The notes under the pieces are model-generated. The model saw only the letters and a list, made by a program, of their open reading frames with translations. It made no database searches and had not been told where the DNA came from. Position numbers and translations under genes: made by a program. Below, one piece after another: positions 22,769 to 35,051 of a stretch of 64,000 nt of DNA (positions are counted from its first letter, which is position 1; each line of letters opens with the position of its first letter). Source of the DNA: Camelus ferus. Its lineage: Eukaryota. Location: the NCBI RefSeq assembly GCF_009834535.1, contig NC_045698.1, positions 14,138,001 through 14,202,000 of the forward strand, in the 5' to 3' direction.

Positions 22769-25202
22769 TTTTTTAAATTTTTGAGCTTCCTGAGGCAGTG
22801 TAGCCCTGTGGTTAAGAACATATGGCTTATTATTATGAAACATACATATAGGAGCTCTCCCTCTTATCAGATTTTAACACTGTTCCCTATAAATATAATG
22901 TACGGATTTCTAGAACTTTCCATCTTGCATGGCTGAAATCTTACACCCATTGAACTGCAACTCTCCATTTCCCCTCTTCCCAAACCTCTGGCAATCACCA
23001 TTCCATCCCCTTTCCAAACCCTTAGCAACTACCATTTGACATTTTTTCTTTTGATGAATCTGACTACTTTAAACACTTCACATAAGCAGCATGTGGTAGT
23101 TGTCCTGTGATGGGCTTATTTCAGTTAGTATAATGTCCTCAAGATTCATCCACATTGTAGCATATAACAGGACTGCCGCTCTCTCTCTCTCTCTCTCATC
23201 TTCTCTCTCTCACATCTTCTTTATTCATTCATCCCTTGATCTCTGATGCACATTTAGGTTGTTTCCACCTCTTGGCTATTGTGAATAATTCTGCAATCAA
23301 CATGAAAGTGCAAGTATCTCTTTAAGAGCTGTTTCCATTTCCTTTGGATATATACACCTCGAAGCGGGATTGCTGGATCATACACAATAGTTCTACTTTT
23401 AATTTTTTGAGAAACCTCCATACTATTCTCCATTGTGGCTGCACAATTTTGCATCCCCATCAATGATTCATAAGGGACCCCTTTCTCCACATCTTGGCCA
23501 ATGCTGGTTATTTCTTGTCATTTTGACAATAGCCATTAAAACAGGTGTGAGATGATATCTCACTGTGATTTAATTCGCATTCCTCTGATGGTTAATGATG
23601 TCGAGCACCTTTTAATGCATCTGTTGGCCATCTGTATGTCTTCTTTGGAAAAATATCTACTCAGATCCTCTGCTCATTTTTTAATCATATTTTGTTTTTT
23701 TGCTAGAGTTGTATGCATTTTAGTGTACTTTGGATATCAACCCCTTATCAAAAATATGACTTGCAAATATTTCCTATCATTCCATACATTACCTTTGCAT
23801 TTTGTTGATGGTTTCCTCTCCTGTTCAGAACTTTCAGTTTGATGTAGTCCCACTTATTTTTACTTTTATACCTTTATTTGTGGTGTCATATTAAAAAATA
23901 TCCTTGCCAAGACCAATGTTTTCTTGTAGGAGTTTTGTAGTTTAAGGTCTTATATTTAAGTCTTTAATCCATTTTCAGTCGAATGTTGTGTATGATGTAA
24001 GACAAAAACCAAATTTCATTCTTTGCAGGTGGATATTCAGCTTTCCCAGCACAATTTATTAAAGAGACCATCTTTTCTCCATTGTGTATGTTTGGCACTC
24101 TTGATGATCAGTTGGGTTTATTTCTGTGTTTTCAGTTCTGTTCCATTGGTTTATATGTCTGTTTTTATGCAACAACTACACTGTTTTGATATGTATTGTT
24201 TTGTAATGTTTTGAAAGCAGGAAGTGTGATATCTCTAGCTTTGTTCCTCTTTCTGAAGATTATTTTGGTTATCAGGATCCTTTTGGTTCCACATGAACTT
24301 TTAGGATTATTTTTTCATTTATATAAAAAGTGCTACTTGGATTTTGAATCTGTAGATTGTTTTGAGTGGTATGGACATTTTAACAATATTAAGTCTTCCA
24401 ATGCATGAACATGCCATGTCTTTCCAGTTTGCGTCTAATTTTCTTTCAGCAGTGTTTTTTAGTTTTCCGTGTACAAGTCTTTCATCTCCTTGGTTAAATT
24501 TATTTCTAAGTATTTTGTTACTTTTGATGCTATTGTAAATGAGATTGTTTTCTTCATGTCCTTTCCAGATTGCTCCTTGTTATTGTATGGCAAAGCAACT
24601 GATTTTTGTAGGTTGATTTTATATTCTTCAACTGTTGCATCTGTTTATTAGTTCTAATAGTTTTTTTTTTTGATGGAATCTTTAGGTTTTTCTATATATA
24701 AGATCATGTCATCTGTGATTAGGGATAATTTTATTTTTTCCTATACAATTTCAGTACCTTCTTTTTCTTGCTTAGTTGCTCTGACTAGGACTTCCAGTAC
24801 TATTTTGAATAGACATGCTGAGAGTGGGCATTATTGTGGGTCCTATCAGCATTTTGAGACAGAAGAGACAGAGACCAGTCTCTTGAGCAGTGCCCTAAAT
24901 AAAGAATGATAGACATATGGTCCAGTCTCTTCTGTCCTTCTCCAGGGAGAAGCCAAGAGCTAAGAATTTCATCCCAATTGCACGGTGCTGTTCCAGGAGG
25001 AGGGATTATGGTAAGTGTGCCACAAACTTTCCTACTGATTTTGATATGTCCGGTTTCACACTTGCCTGGGGTGCAGGAGGCTTGTAACTGGTTTCCGAAT
25101 TTCTCATAATGGAAGATTTTCTGGGTACTGTTGATCAGTGTCTACATGGGAAGGAGGAGGATCTGGGGCTTCCTATTCTGCCATCGTGCTGCCATCCCTC
25201 AG
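22769..25202 (-). mobile_element. L1 (L1MA9/L1MB-like 3' end) with about 2 kb of degenerate ORF2/3'UTR joined to an L1 5' end of about 365 bp
   Basis: ORF2 C-terminal remnants (ORF track 23254..23490 MENSMEV...YDPAIPL) and an RT-region remnant up to about 24832; L1M-type 5' end at 24835-25200; degenerate TSD gacatttttattattact / gacatttgattttatact. Confidence 0.85.
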
Positions 25203-25441
25203 GACATTTGATTTTATACTAATTGAAATGAGGAAATACTGGAAAATTCTGAGGTTTGTATAACAATCTGATTTAAAAGAACATTCTAGCACTCATGGGG
25301 AGAATGGAATATGGTGAACCAACAGGATTAAATAAAGAAAAGTTTTGATGTCTACTTTAGAAGTGCAAGTTAAAGACGATGGTAGCTGAGATTAAGGTAC
25401 AAGCTTAAGGGGGCTATAGATAGATAGATAGTCTTAGCTTG

Positions 25442-25490
<49 letters not shown>

Positions 25491-25900
25491 ATGTTAGACC
25501 TTATGATTGTTAGAATAGAAGATAAAATTCAAAAATAATTATAAAGGGTAGAGAATAACAAGACAGGAATGAAGACTTGTCTTTAAGTTTAGTAAGTGTG
25601 TGTCATTTATGAGGCATCTGAAAGAGGTTGATGGGGAAGCCAACTGAACTAGTATGAAGTTCAGAGGAGAGATCAGGACTGAATGTATTATTAGCATAAG
25701 AGTTAGGGGATACTAAGGTAAGTTAAAGCCGTGAGTTAATAAAGTCATGTTGGAAGAAATTAAGGGCATAGGGCTCAGTATTGGGCATTCAACATTTAGA
25801 GTTAAAAGCAGAAGATCAGAAGCCTATATAAGAAGTAGAAGAAATGTGCAGTGTGGTGGTAGTGGGGATACCACAGAAGCCTAGAATGAGTATTTTAAGG
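25203..25900 (-). mobile_element. L2 relic (continuation)
   Basis: Purine-rich L2-like motifs, e.g. gaagttcagaggagagatcaggactg and ggcattcaacatttagag. Confidence 0.6.
25443..25490. repeat. (CTAT)12 tetranucleotide STR, preceded by an inverted (ATAG)4
   Basis: Seen directly. Confidence 0.95.
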
Positions 25901-26164
25901 GGGAAAGAATAACACAACTAATTAAAACAATATGTTTATATAAAACCCAGAGACCATCAGCCTACCTTAACATTTAATTTATGTCAATATTTACAGAATG
26001 AAGTACAAAAATTAGCATTTTAAACATATACTCTACATGCTATATAACTGAATTGTTTTATGATCATTTTCTACTTGAAGATACTAAGACTCAGCACTGA
26101 AATAGCTTGCTTGAAAGATCAGATTTGAAGCTAGTTCTATTTGAGTTTAATGTCTTTCTTTAAC

Positions 26165-26405
26165 ACTGGATTTACATAGACATAGGTTGGAATCATTATG
26201 CTTCTGTCTTTTTGCCATTGGTCCTTGAGATGTGAATTATCTGATATTTCAAAGCTTAAGTTCCCTGGCTGTTGAATGAGTATGATCGTAGTATCTACCC
26301 TATAAATTATAGTTAGTATTATATGAACCAAAAGAAGATAAAGCATTGAGAACACATTCTAATTCATAATAAGCCCCTGAAATGTGTTAGTCAGTAATAT
26401 CATTT
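26165..26405 (+). mobile_element. MIR
   Basis: Degenerate MIR core and 3' end (gtagtatctacc...aaagcattgagaacacatt). Confidence 0.65.
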
Positions 26406-28294
26406 TTGTTACATAGATACCCCATTTAAGCATTTGACTCTTATTTATTTTTATTAAATGTTACATTTTCTATCCACAAAATTTAAATATAAAGATAAGG
26501 AGGGCCTTTTCTTTTTTATATTTAGTATACTATCCTAAAATTAAAAAGTAAATGTATGCACTATGATAATCAACTACACATAATGTTTAGGATTAATACA
26601 AGTTTTCTCCCACATTGTCATTATCTTTATTTCTACCCACTTAGAAAAATGGAAGTCATACATATTCAGGTGTCTTCTAATAGCTTCTGTAAGATAAGGA
26701 GCTATGATTTAAATGAGTCTGATTTGCCTATCCTTGCAAATGAGGGTAAACTCTAGGAACAACCTCTACATAACATAGATGGGTGTTTTTTTTTTAATAG
26801 TAGAAAAATTTTCTTTTGAGATGTTGATTTATGGTAAATAAAAAGGACACAGGGAAATTGCAGAAGAACTTTGTCATCTATTTTATCAGTGTCTCACACC
26901 TACAAGAGGAAAATTAACCCTAATATTTTCAAGGCATTACTAAATTTTGAGGCATTGATAGAATCTGACATATTAAGTACCTATTTTTTGAGGAAGCTTA
27001 GAAAGTAAAGGGTTTTATTTTTACTATCTGAAATCTCAGAGTTTTTATTTGCAATTTGTTGTTCATATTTCTAGTTATTGCATTTTCCTATATAGGCTGT
27101 TTTATAGTTTTTAGCAATTAGAAAATTAAGTAGGTAATATGTTCACATAATAAAATCTTTCAAAAAACTGAATATAAGGAAGGGTCTCATGATTGTAATA
27201 AAGTCCCTGTGGACACTCCAGTTAATTCTTGTTGGCTACTAAAATACAACTCTGTTGAATCATGGTGAAAACAAAATGACAAAACTGTATAATGTCCTCC
27301 AGAGTATTATTAGATAACTTGCTGATATGTTTACATGGGGAATTTACCACATTGTTAATATGTAATTGCTATCTTGTGGTCCCATAAAAATAAAGGCTTT
27401 TTAACTGATATATCTTTATTGGGAATATTTAGAAGGCATTTATATCTATATTCCAAATAATTAAAAAGTATATTCTCTAGGTCTAGATTTTTATCCTGGA
27501 AATATTTATTATGATAATGATTTTATTATTTTCTCTTATTATAAAAGTGTTACCTTCTCATGGTAAGAAAATAAATAAATAAAAACAATACAATTGAGTA
27601 TAAAGGGAAATGAAAAAATGTAAAAAAAACCCTCTTTTTCTTTGCTTGACTCTAAGATCTACTTTCCATACAAAAAAATTAATGTCTATACATAGTCCTG
27701 ATGGTAAATCCTATTAATAGCTATAGCAACAGAGGACAAGTAAAAGAAGAAAACTGACTTGATATTTTTTACAGTGAGTCATATTATATTAATGTTTTAT
27801 AACTGATTTTTCCCTAATAATAAATACCTCTGATGTTTACTACAGACCTAACATTTTTAACTACCACGTATGACACAACTGTAAGAATGTACATTAAATA
27901 TTCTCTGTCTTATTGATGAACAGACACCGTACCCTCGGAAACCATATGCTCTTTCAAATGTGCAGACAACAATCCTCTTTTGTTTCAGAAGATTAATTTA
28001 AAATCTTCAAGTTAAAATCCAGAGAAAACCAGGCTTTTAGTTTAGTAGTTGATAGAGTATTCTATGTTATATCATTTAAAAAAAAAAAAGCCTGTTTATG
28101 CAATGTGTCTTTATTAGCATGGTTTTGTACACGGAGATAACTAAGCTCATTGAAGATACAGTTAAAAAGGAAAAAAGGGATTGTTCACACTTTTTCACCC
28201 ACATCAAGTTAACTTTGTATATTATCAATATAGAGAGCAAATCTTCATTACACACCTTGTCCTTAGAGAGACTGTCTGGATCAGCCAGTTGGTA

Positions 28295-28540
28295 GACTTG
28301 AAAACAAGGGCTTTGGAGTCAGGCTGATCTGAGTTTCAGTCTTGGCTCTGCCGCTCAGTGGTGAACTGGATTAACTAAGCAAGCTAAACTTCCACTAGAT
28401 TCTCATTCACAGGCTTGAACTGAGCATAACAGCAATGTTCATTATGAATGATAAAATTATTACATGAGATCATATCTCCAAGAGCCTGGCGTATATAAAT
28501 CTCTCAGGTGTAATTTATAATAATATCATTATCATTATTA
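28295..28540 (+). mobile_element. MIR
   Basis: gggctttggagtcaggctgatctgagtttcagtcttggctctgcc. Confidence 0.75.
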
Positions 28541-28769
28541 CCAGTAAAACAATGATCATTCTACTGATCCCCTTTGGGGAGGGCAACCTGTTGTGAAACA
28601 ACTGCCTGCAGTGCTGGACCACGTGGATTTACACGTGAGCACAGACATCCAAATAGGGGGGCATGTGTTCCTAAAGTCCTTTTGTTTTACATCTGCTCTA
28701 ATAGCTGCACTGAAACTCACCTATTTCCTATTTCTCATTATCTGTCTTAGAATTCGACCTTTTGGCAGT

Positions 28770-28978
28770 ACTCAGTTCACACGTGTGAGGAGGGAGGGAG
28801 AGAGAACAGCTTTCTGGTGTTTATTTTTATCAGGACAGTAATCCTATGAATCACTACCCTTACAACCTCATTTAATCTTAATTACTTCCTTAGAGGACCC
28901 AGGTCCTGATACAGCCACACTGGGGGTTAGGGCTTCAACATATGAATTTTGGGAAACACTAACCTTCACTCCTTAATG
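28770..28978 (-). mobile_element. MaLR LTR fragment (MLT1A-like)
   Basis: acctcatttaatcttaattacttcct...cacactgggggttagggcttcaacatatgaattttggg. Confidence 0.8.
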
Positions 28979-29619
28979 ACATTTAATCCCTAGAGGCTAA
29001 ATTATATATAAAGGTTTCCAGAGAGTGTAGGAATGAACCAAAGTACTTTCCATGAGCTACATGAAAGGGATCAGAGGCAAGGGACCATTGAAAGAGATCA
29101 CAGAAGTGGAGTCATTAGTAGTAAATCTCAGCCAAAATAAACTTTCAGAGGGTGAGGGTGCACACCCAGGGATAAAACCTTATCTGCAATGAGATCTAGG
29201 GTATGGGAGGAAGGTGTCAGTTAAGTAGAAAAACCCTCCTGGATCCAGAATGGTTCAGTAAAACAGAGGAGGCAAGACTGCACCCAGAATCATGCAAAGA
29301 GCAGATTTTCAGAGAGTAATCCATCTCTGGTGAGAGATGAAGCCTTGAACTGTGTAAGGCAACTAATCTTGACGACTATAGAGCTAGCCCCATAAAATGT
29401 ATTAGGCTGTAATGTGGAAAACTTTTTTTTAACCCATGAAATCTTTTAAAAATAATGTTAAAAAACAATTTATAAAAACTAAAAATGTCTACATGGCATG
29501 AACATGATAAGCAAAGGAAGTAAAGTGCTCAATAACTCCATCCCCCCAAGCTGGGCAGGGCACGTGATGGACAGTTCCCAGGGAGAAAACGTAAGAAAAC
29601 GAAACACAACAAAAACAAA

Positions 29620-30480
29620 GCCAACTTTTAAATGTGTTAAGAGAATCATCAACCTCACTCATAATAAGAGACATGGGAATTAAAACCATAAAACTACATT
29701 GACATCCAATTTCTCACTCAATAAATTGTTAAAACAATCTAAAGTTCTGCTAACACTTTTGGCAAGACTGTGGGAGGAGTTACACGCTCTGACAGGTTGC
29801 TTATGGTTATGTAAAATAGGCCAATTCTTTTGAGGATAATCATCAATTTCTGTAAAAATCATAAAGCATATAATTCTTGACTAATACATTCACTCTAGTA
29901 ATTTGTCCTACAGATTGTGAAAACATGTCATTCAAAATTGAAAAGAAGGATAAAAGGTAGTCAGCATATACTTTTCATGCCATATGAGGGACATTTTGTA
30001 TAAGATTTAATCATACACCCAGGAAATTATCTATGTACCATTTACGCAATGCTCAACACCATGTTAAATGGAAATGTTTTGTTGCAGCAAAAGTTCACCT
30101 GTTAACATTTACTTGCTAGTATCTTTCTACAGATGACTAGGCTAGAGGGAATATGAGAGGTCTGTGGAATGGAACACTAGGTAGTGCCTTATGTATGGAT
30201 ATGCAGAGATGGCCAAGACATATTGTTAAAAGAAGACAAGCTTCAGAATAGCATATAGGGTGTGATACTAAATGTTTTTTTAATGATAAAATATGCATTT
30301 ATAATTACTTCTTAATGTGCAACCATCTTCAAAAAAACTATATGATAAAATTATGGTTATCTCCTACATGAAGAAGAGTGGAAACCAGGTCGAGTGTACT
30401 GGATAGAAAGAAGACACTTTCTTGTATATATTTTATTTTTCCCTTTTATATTATTCTAAGCCATAGAAATGCAGTATCTA
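29620..30480 (+). mobile_element. Old L1ME-like 3' fragments
   Basis: tcaacctcactcataataagagacatgggaattaaaacca; ttcactctagtaatttgtcctacaga. Confidence 0.6.
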
Positions 30481-30807
30481 GAAAAATTTAATTAATTTTG
30501 GTATAATAAGAATGCTTGGTGCCTCCACATCCTTCTGCTCACCCACCCATGTGTGTAAATAATTTTAAACAAATGACAGTAGATAGAGCATCTGGTGCTT
30601 GAGGTAGTATGCAGCTCCCAGCTGTGCATGGTCCTCAAAACACAGTATGTTTTCCAGTAGTAATGTTTTAATAAATACTATCCTTTTTAGCCACAACAGA
30701 TAAAATTGCATGTTGATTTAATGCAACTAAAACAAATAAGAGTTTATCAATTATCATGTAGATTAAGAAGTTGCTATATTTGGGAAGCCAGATTTTTAGA
30801 AGGAATA

Positions 30808-30810
30808 TGT

Positions 30811-30854
<44 letters not shown>

Positions 30855-30862
30855 ATGTATAT
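30808..30862. repeat. (TG)n microsatellite
   Basis: Seen directly. Confidence 0.92.
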
Positions 30863-31169
30863 CTTCCAACTATAACTCATTTGAGATATTTTCAAGGTGG
30901 TTTTTAGACAAAGAGAAGAATTTAGGGATAAATGGAGAAGATAAAGTTATTCTTTTCTTTATTGAGAGGAACTGCATTTGCTTAGTTAAAGCCAAAAGAA
31001 TGCTCACAGCAAAAGGCTTCCTAATGATTTGAAGCTTTCACTTTGCTTTAATAAATTACATGCTAAACAAATTAATAACATTTCTCAGAAGAAGAATGTA
31101 ATAAAAAATAACTTGAGTCAGTGTGCATGTCTTAGAATTTTGGTACTTAAATTGTGTTCTATACAGACA

Positions 31170-31300
31170 GAGTTTCAACTAGGAGCTTAGAAATACAAAT
31201 CCCCAGGCTCCCTCCAGACCTAGTAAATTTCTGGACATGGGGCCAGGTCTCCTTGTTTCATCAAGTGATTCTGATCTTCAGTAATGTTTAAGAAATACTG
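31170..31300. mobile_element. MER5A-like fragment
   Basis: aaatacaaatccccaggctccctccagacct...gtgattctgat...tttaagaaatactg. Confidence 0.6.
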
Positions 31301-31523
31301 CCCCCAAGTAGTATGCATCTGAAATGATAGTGCATTCTACCTATGATGTTGAAATATCATGAGTGACCTTCCTATGAGAAAATACAACAATGCTGGACAC
31401 ACGTGTAAATACGCAGTCATTTCTAACGATGGTAGGCGGTACATCTTCCCAGCACTAGGTACCTGTGAATTATATTGGATTCAAAGTTGGAGTGATAGAC
31501 GCAAAGGCTATTAAAGGACTGAG

Positions 31524-31862
31524 GTTATAGGCTGAATTTTATCCCTACCCCAAATTTATATGCTCAAGTCCTAACCTCCAGTACCTCGGAATGCAACTTT
31601 ATTTGGAGATAAGGTCTTTAAAGAAATAATTAAGTAAAAGGAAGTTTGTTAAGGTGGGCCCTAATTCAATATGAATGGTGTCCTTTTAAGAAGAGGAAAT
31701 TTGCTTTTCCCTGTGAAGAGGCAGTGACAGGATGACCGTCTGCTCCTATCAGAACCTTTACTTGGACTGCCAGCCTCCAAAAATGTGAGAAAATAAGTTT
31801 CTCTTGTTTAAGCTACCCAGTCCGTGGTATTTTTTTTACCACAACCCTAGAAAACTAATACA
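31524..31862 (+). mobile_element. MaLR solo LTR (MLT1A/B-like)
   Basis: aagtcctaacctccagtacctcggaatg...tatttggagataaggtcttta...ccagcctccaaaaatgtgagaaaataag...aaactaataca. Confidence 0.85.
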
Positions 31863-32578
31863 ACTACCAACTATTTTTTTTTCTTCTAAAAGTAGCAAAA
31901 TAATTAGCCCTGATTTAGAAAGTTGAGGTAATTAATTGTGCCACTGGAAGCATAAGTAAAATTTAAAATTTATGCTATGAATTTTAAGATAATTGTTTGT
32001 AATACCAATCTGCCCCTTGTGACCGATGTGGATTTAGGCTAGTAAATTAACTTCTATTTTTTTCAGTGTAAAATGATAATATAGAGCTGACATAAACTAG
32101 ATGTTGTGAACATTAAAAAAAATAATGGCATAATGTTTGGGACATAGAAGTATGCAGAAACACAGACATTTGTTCATCTCGTAGAGCAAGACGACAAATA
32201 TAAATCAAAGTACTAGGGAAGGAACATCTGGGAACAAGATTTTTAAATAACCATGCGCTTCAAATCATGACTTTCTTCGTGATAAACATCAGGAATAAAC
32301 TGAATATCTGACCATCTTAACTAAAGCATCTGAACAAGAATAGAATCTTTGCTAATAAGGTAATTTCCAAAAATTCTCGTAATACCTCTTGAGCAAACTT
32401 CAGGAATTCAGACTCGATGACAAATTGCATACCTTAATTAGATTAGAGAAATAAAAATTCCATAAGATAAAGAGTTTTATTTTCTCAGTTCAAGGGTTCT
32501 AATTTTAAGTCTGCCAAGATTTGAAACTAGACAGAGAAATTATAGGCATCAGTTAACTATTGAGATTAAATTTCTCTT

Positions 32579-33469
32579 TTTTTCTAATACATACATATTT
32601 ATTGAAGTATAAATTACAGTGTGTCAGTTTCTGGTGTACAGCATAATGCTTCAGTCATATGAACATACATGTATTCATTTTCATATTCTTTTTCAGCATA
32701 GGTTACAAGATATTGAATATAGTTCCCTGTGCTATACAGTATGAACTTGTTTTGTATCTATTTTATATATATATATTATATATGTATGTAGTATTTGTAA
32801 ATCTCAAACTCCCAATTTATCACTTCCCACCTCCTCCTTCCCCTGGTAACCATAAATTTGTTTTCTATGTCTGTGAGTCTGTTTCTGTTTTGTAAATAAG
32901 CTCATTTGTCTTTTTTTAAGATTCCACATATAAGTGATACAATATGGTATTTTTATTTCTCCTTCTGGCTTATTTCACTTAGAATGACAATCTCCAGGTT
33001 TATCCATGTTGCTGCAAATGACATTATTTTATTCTTTTTTATTTGCTGAGTAGTATTCCATTCCATTCCACAGCTTCTTTATCCAGTCAACTGTATATGA
33101 AATTTAGGTTGTTTCGATATCTTGGCCATTGTAAACAATGCTGCTATGAACACTGGGGTGCATGTATCTTTTCAAATTAAGGTTCCCTTTGGATATATGC
33201 CCAGGAGTCAGATTGCTGGATCAAATGGTAAGCTATTTTTAGTCTTTTGAGGAATCTCCATACTGTTTTCCGTAACGGCTGCACCAAACTACGTTCCCAC
33301 CAACAGTGTAGGAGGGCTCCCTTTTTCCGCACCCTCTCGAACATTTATCATTTGTGGACTTTTGAATGATGGCCATTCTGACTGGTGTGAGTTGATACCT
33401 CACTGTAGTTTTCATTTGCATTTCTCTGATAATTAGTGACACTGAGCATTTTTTATGTGCCTATTGGCC
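32579..33469 (-). mobile_element. 5'-truncated lineage-specific L1 (ORF2 C-terminus plus 3'UTR)
   Basis: ORF track 33239..33442 [25 protein letters not shown] is the L1 ORF2 C-terminal region; TSD attaaatttctctt (32565-32578) and attaaatttccctt (33470-33483). Confidence 0.93.
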
Positions 33470-33619
33470 ATTAAATTTCCCTTCTGACATCCATCTAGGT
33501 GCTGTGGGAGGAGAGCATGCTTGTAGTAGAGACAGCTAAGGAAAGAGCATCAGGGTAGGGACTAGCCAAGCCTTATGGCCCTGAGCCTTGTCCCCAGGCT
33601 GGGGTGGAAAAAACAGTTG

Positions 33620-34520
33620 GAGACTAGTGAGGAGGTAAATTTAGAGAGATGAGGGAGGGGCAGATCATGTAAGGATCCTAGTATGAACTTTGCTTTGAAT
33701 CTGAATGGGGTGGGTTTAAGGCAGAGGAAGGACATGGTTTGCTTTTCCTCAGGAAAGTTTCAGCTGCTCTGTTGAGAACAGACCAAAGAGAGACAAAGGC
33801 AGAAGTGTGGGGACCAGGGGAGAGATAAGGGTGACCTTGAGATAGTGAGAAGGGGTCAGATTCTTTGGCTATATTTTGAAGGTTAAGCCAAGAAAATTTA
33901 TTGATAAGTATGGAGAGAAGGACAGAAAGAAAGAAGAAGACAGAAAGAAGGAAGGAAGGAAGAAAGAAAAAAGGAAACTCGAAGATGACTCTAATATCTT
34001 TGAGGTGGACAACTGGAAAAATCATGTTCTCATTTACTAAATGTTCCCATAGATCGGAAATTAAAGATGTAGGTTGTTTTTGTTGTTTTTTTAATGCTGT
34101 GTGGAAGGAAATATTAAGAGGTTAGCTTTCCACATGTTAAAATTGTGGAACCTATTTGATCAGCTCCTGGAAATGATGAGCTGACCAGAAAGATATGCAA
34201 ACTAAGCATTCAGAAAGAGTCCTGGGCTGGAGATAGACATTTGTGAGTTATCAGAATAAAGATGACATTTAAATCTTTGAAGCTGACAACATCATCAGTG
34301 GAAAAAATATAGACAGAAATGGTTCAAAGGAACAAGCCCTTGGATCCCTCAATATTTAGATGAACAGGAAATGGAGAAGTACTATCAAAAATGCTGGAGG
34401 AGGAGAATCTAGTGAGGTAAGAAGAAACATTTAGAACGTGGCAGCCTAAAAGCTCAGGGACGAGCATGTCCTGAGGAAGAGGAGGGCACCATTTCAAATG
34501 CTGATACTAATCTGATCATC
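33620..34520 (-). mobile_element. L2 relic
   Basis: ggggcagatcatgtaagg, cagattctttggctatattttgaaggt, gggctggagatagacatttgtgagttatcag. Confidence 0.8.
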
Positions 34521-34733
34521 TAAGAGTAAACTGTTATATATTTAAAATGAAATAAATTACAGGACCATTCAAAAGGACCAAATGTTTAAAAATAGACATT
34601 TGTGTAGGTACCGAGAAAAACTGGTTCTGACAGGTATCACAAAAGTCTTTGTAGTATATTTTATTATCTCAAATATACAACTTTATGCCCATAGAAGAGC
34701 AAAACTGTAGTAACTGTTCCTGTCCATTCCTCC

Positions 34734-35051
34734 TAAAAGTGAGCAAATTTGCCACCCTAAAATATGCCTCTTTGGCTTAAGCATTATCTCATGATGATTA
34801 TTTTAAGAAACTGCAAACACAAGAGAAGCTCTAAAACTGAGTATAAGTTACCCTTTTGTCAGAAAAAAAAAATAGATCGATAAAGGAAATCTCCATTTAT
34901 AATGGTGTCTCTCCCTCTGTCTCTGTACCAGGAAGAGAAGGATGAGTCTAAAGCTCTAGAAACTCCTATCAATGAGAAAGCAGTGACTTAAACCTGAATA
35001 ACAACCTTACCCTTGTTTACTGTTCTTTGCTGGATAATCTCCAATAACTGG
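34734..35051 (+). mobile_element. ERV1 LTR 5' half, MER34-family-like (truncated)
   Basis: aatttgccaccctaaaatatgcctctttggc...ctctgtaccaggaagagaaggatga; similar to the start of the LTR at 18874. Confidence 0.75.

Noticed and set aside
23254..24909. Cluster of ORFs suggesting a coding locus or an active reverse transcriptase
   Set aside because: Fragments or antisense reads of a frameshifted, stop-ridden L1 ORF2.
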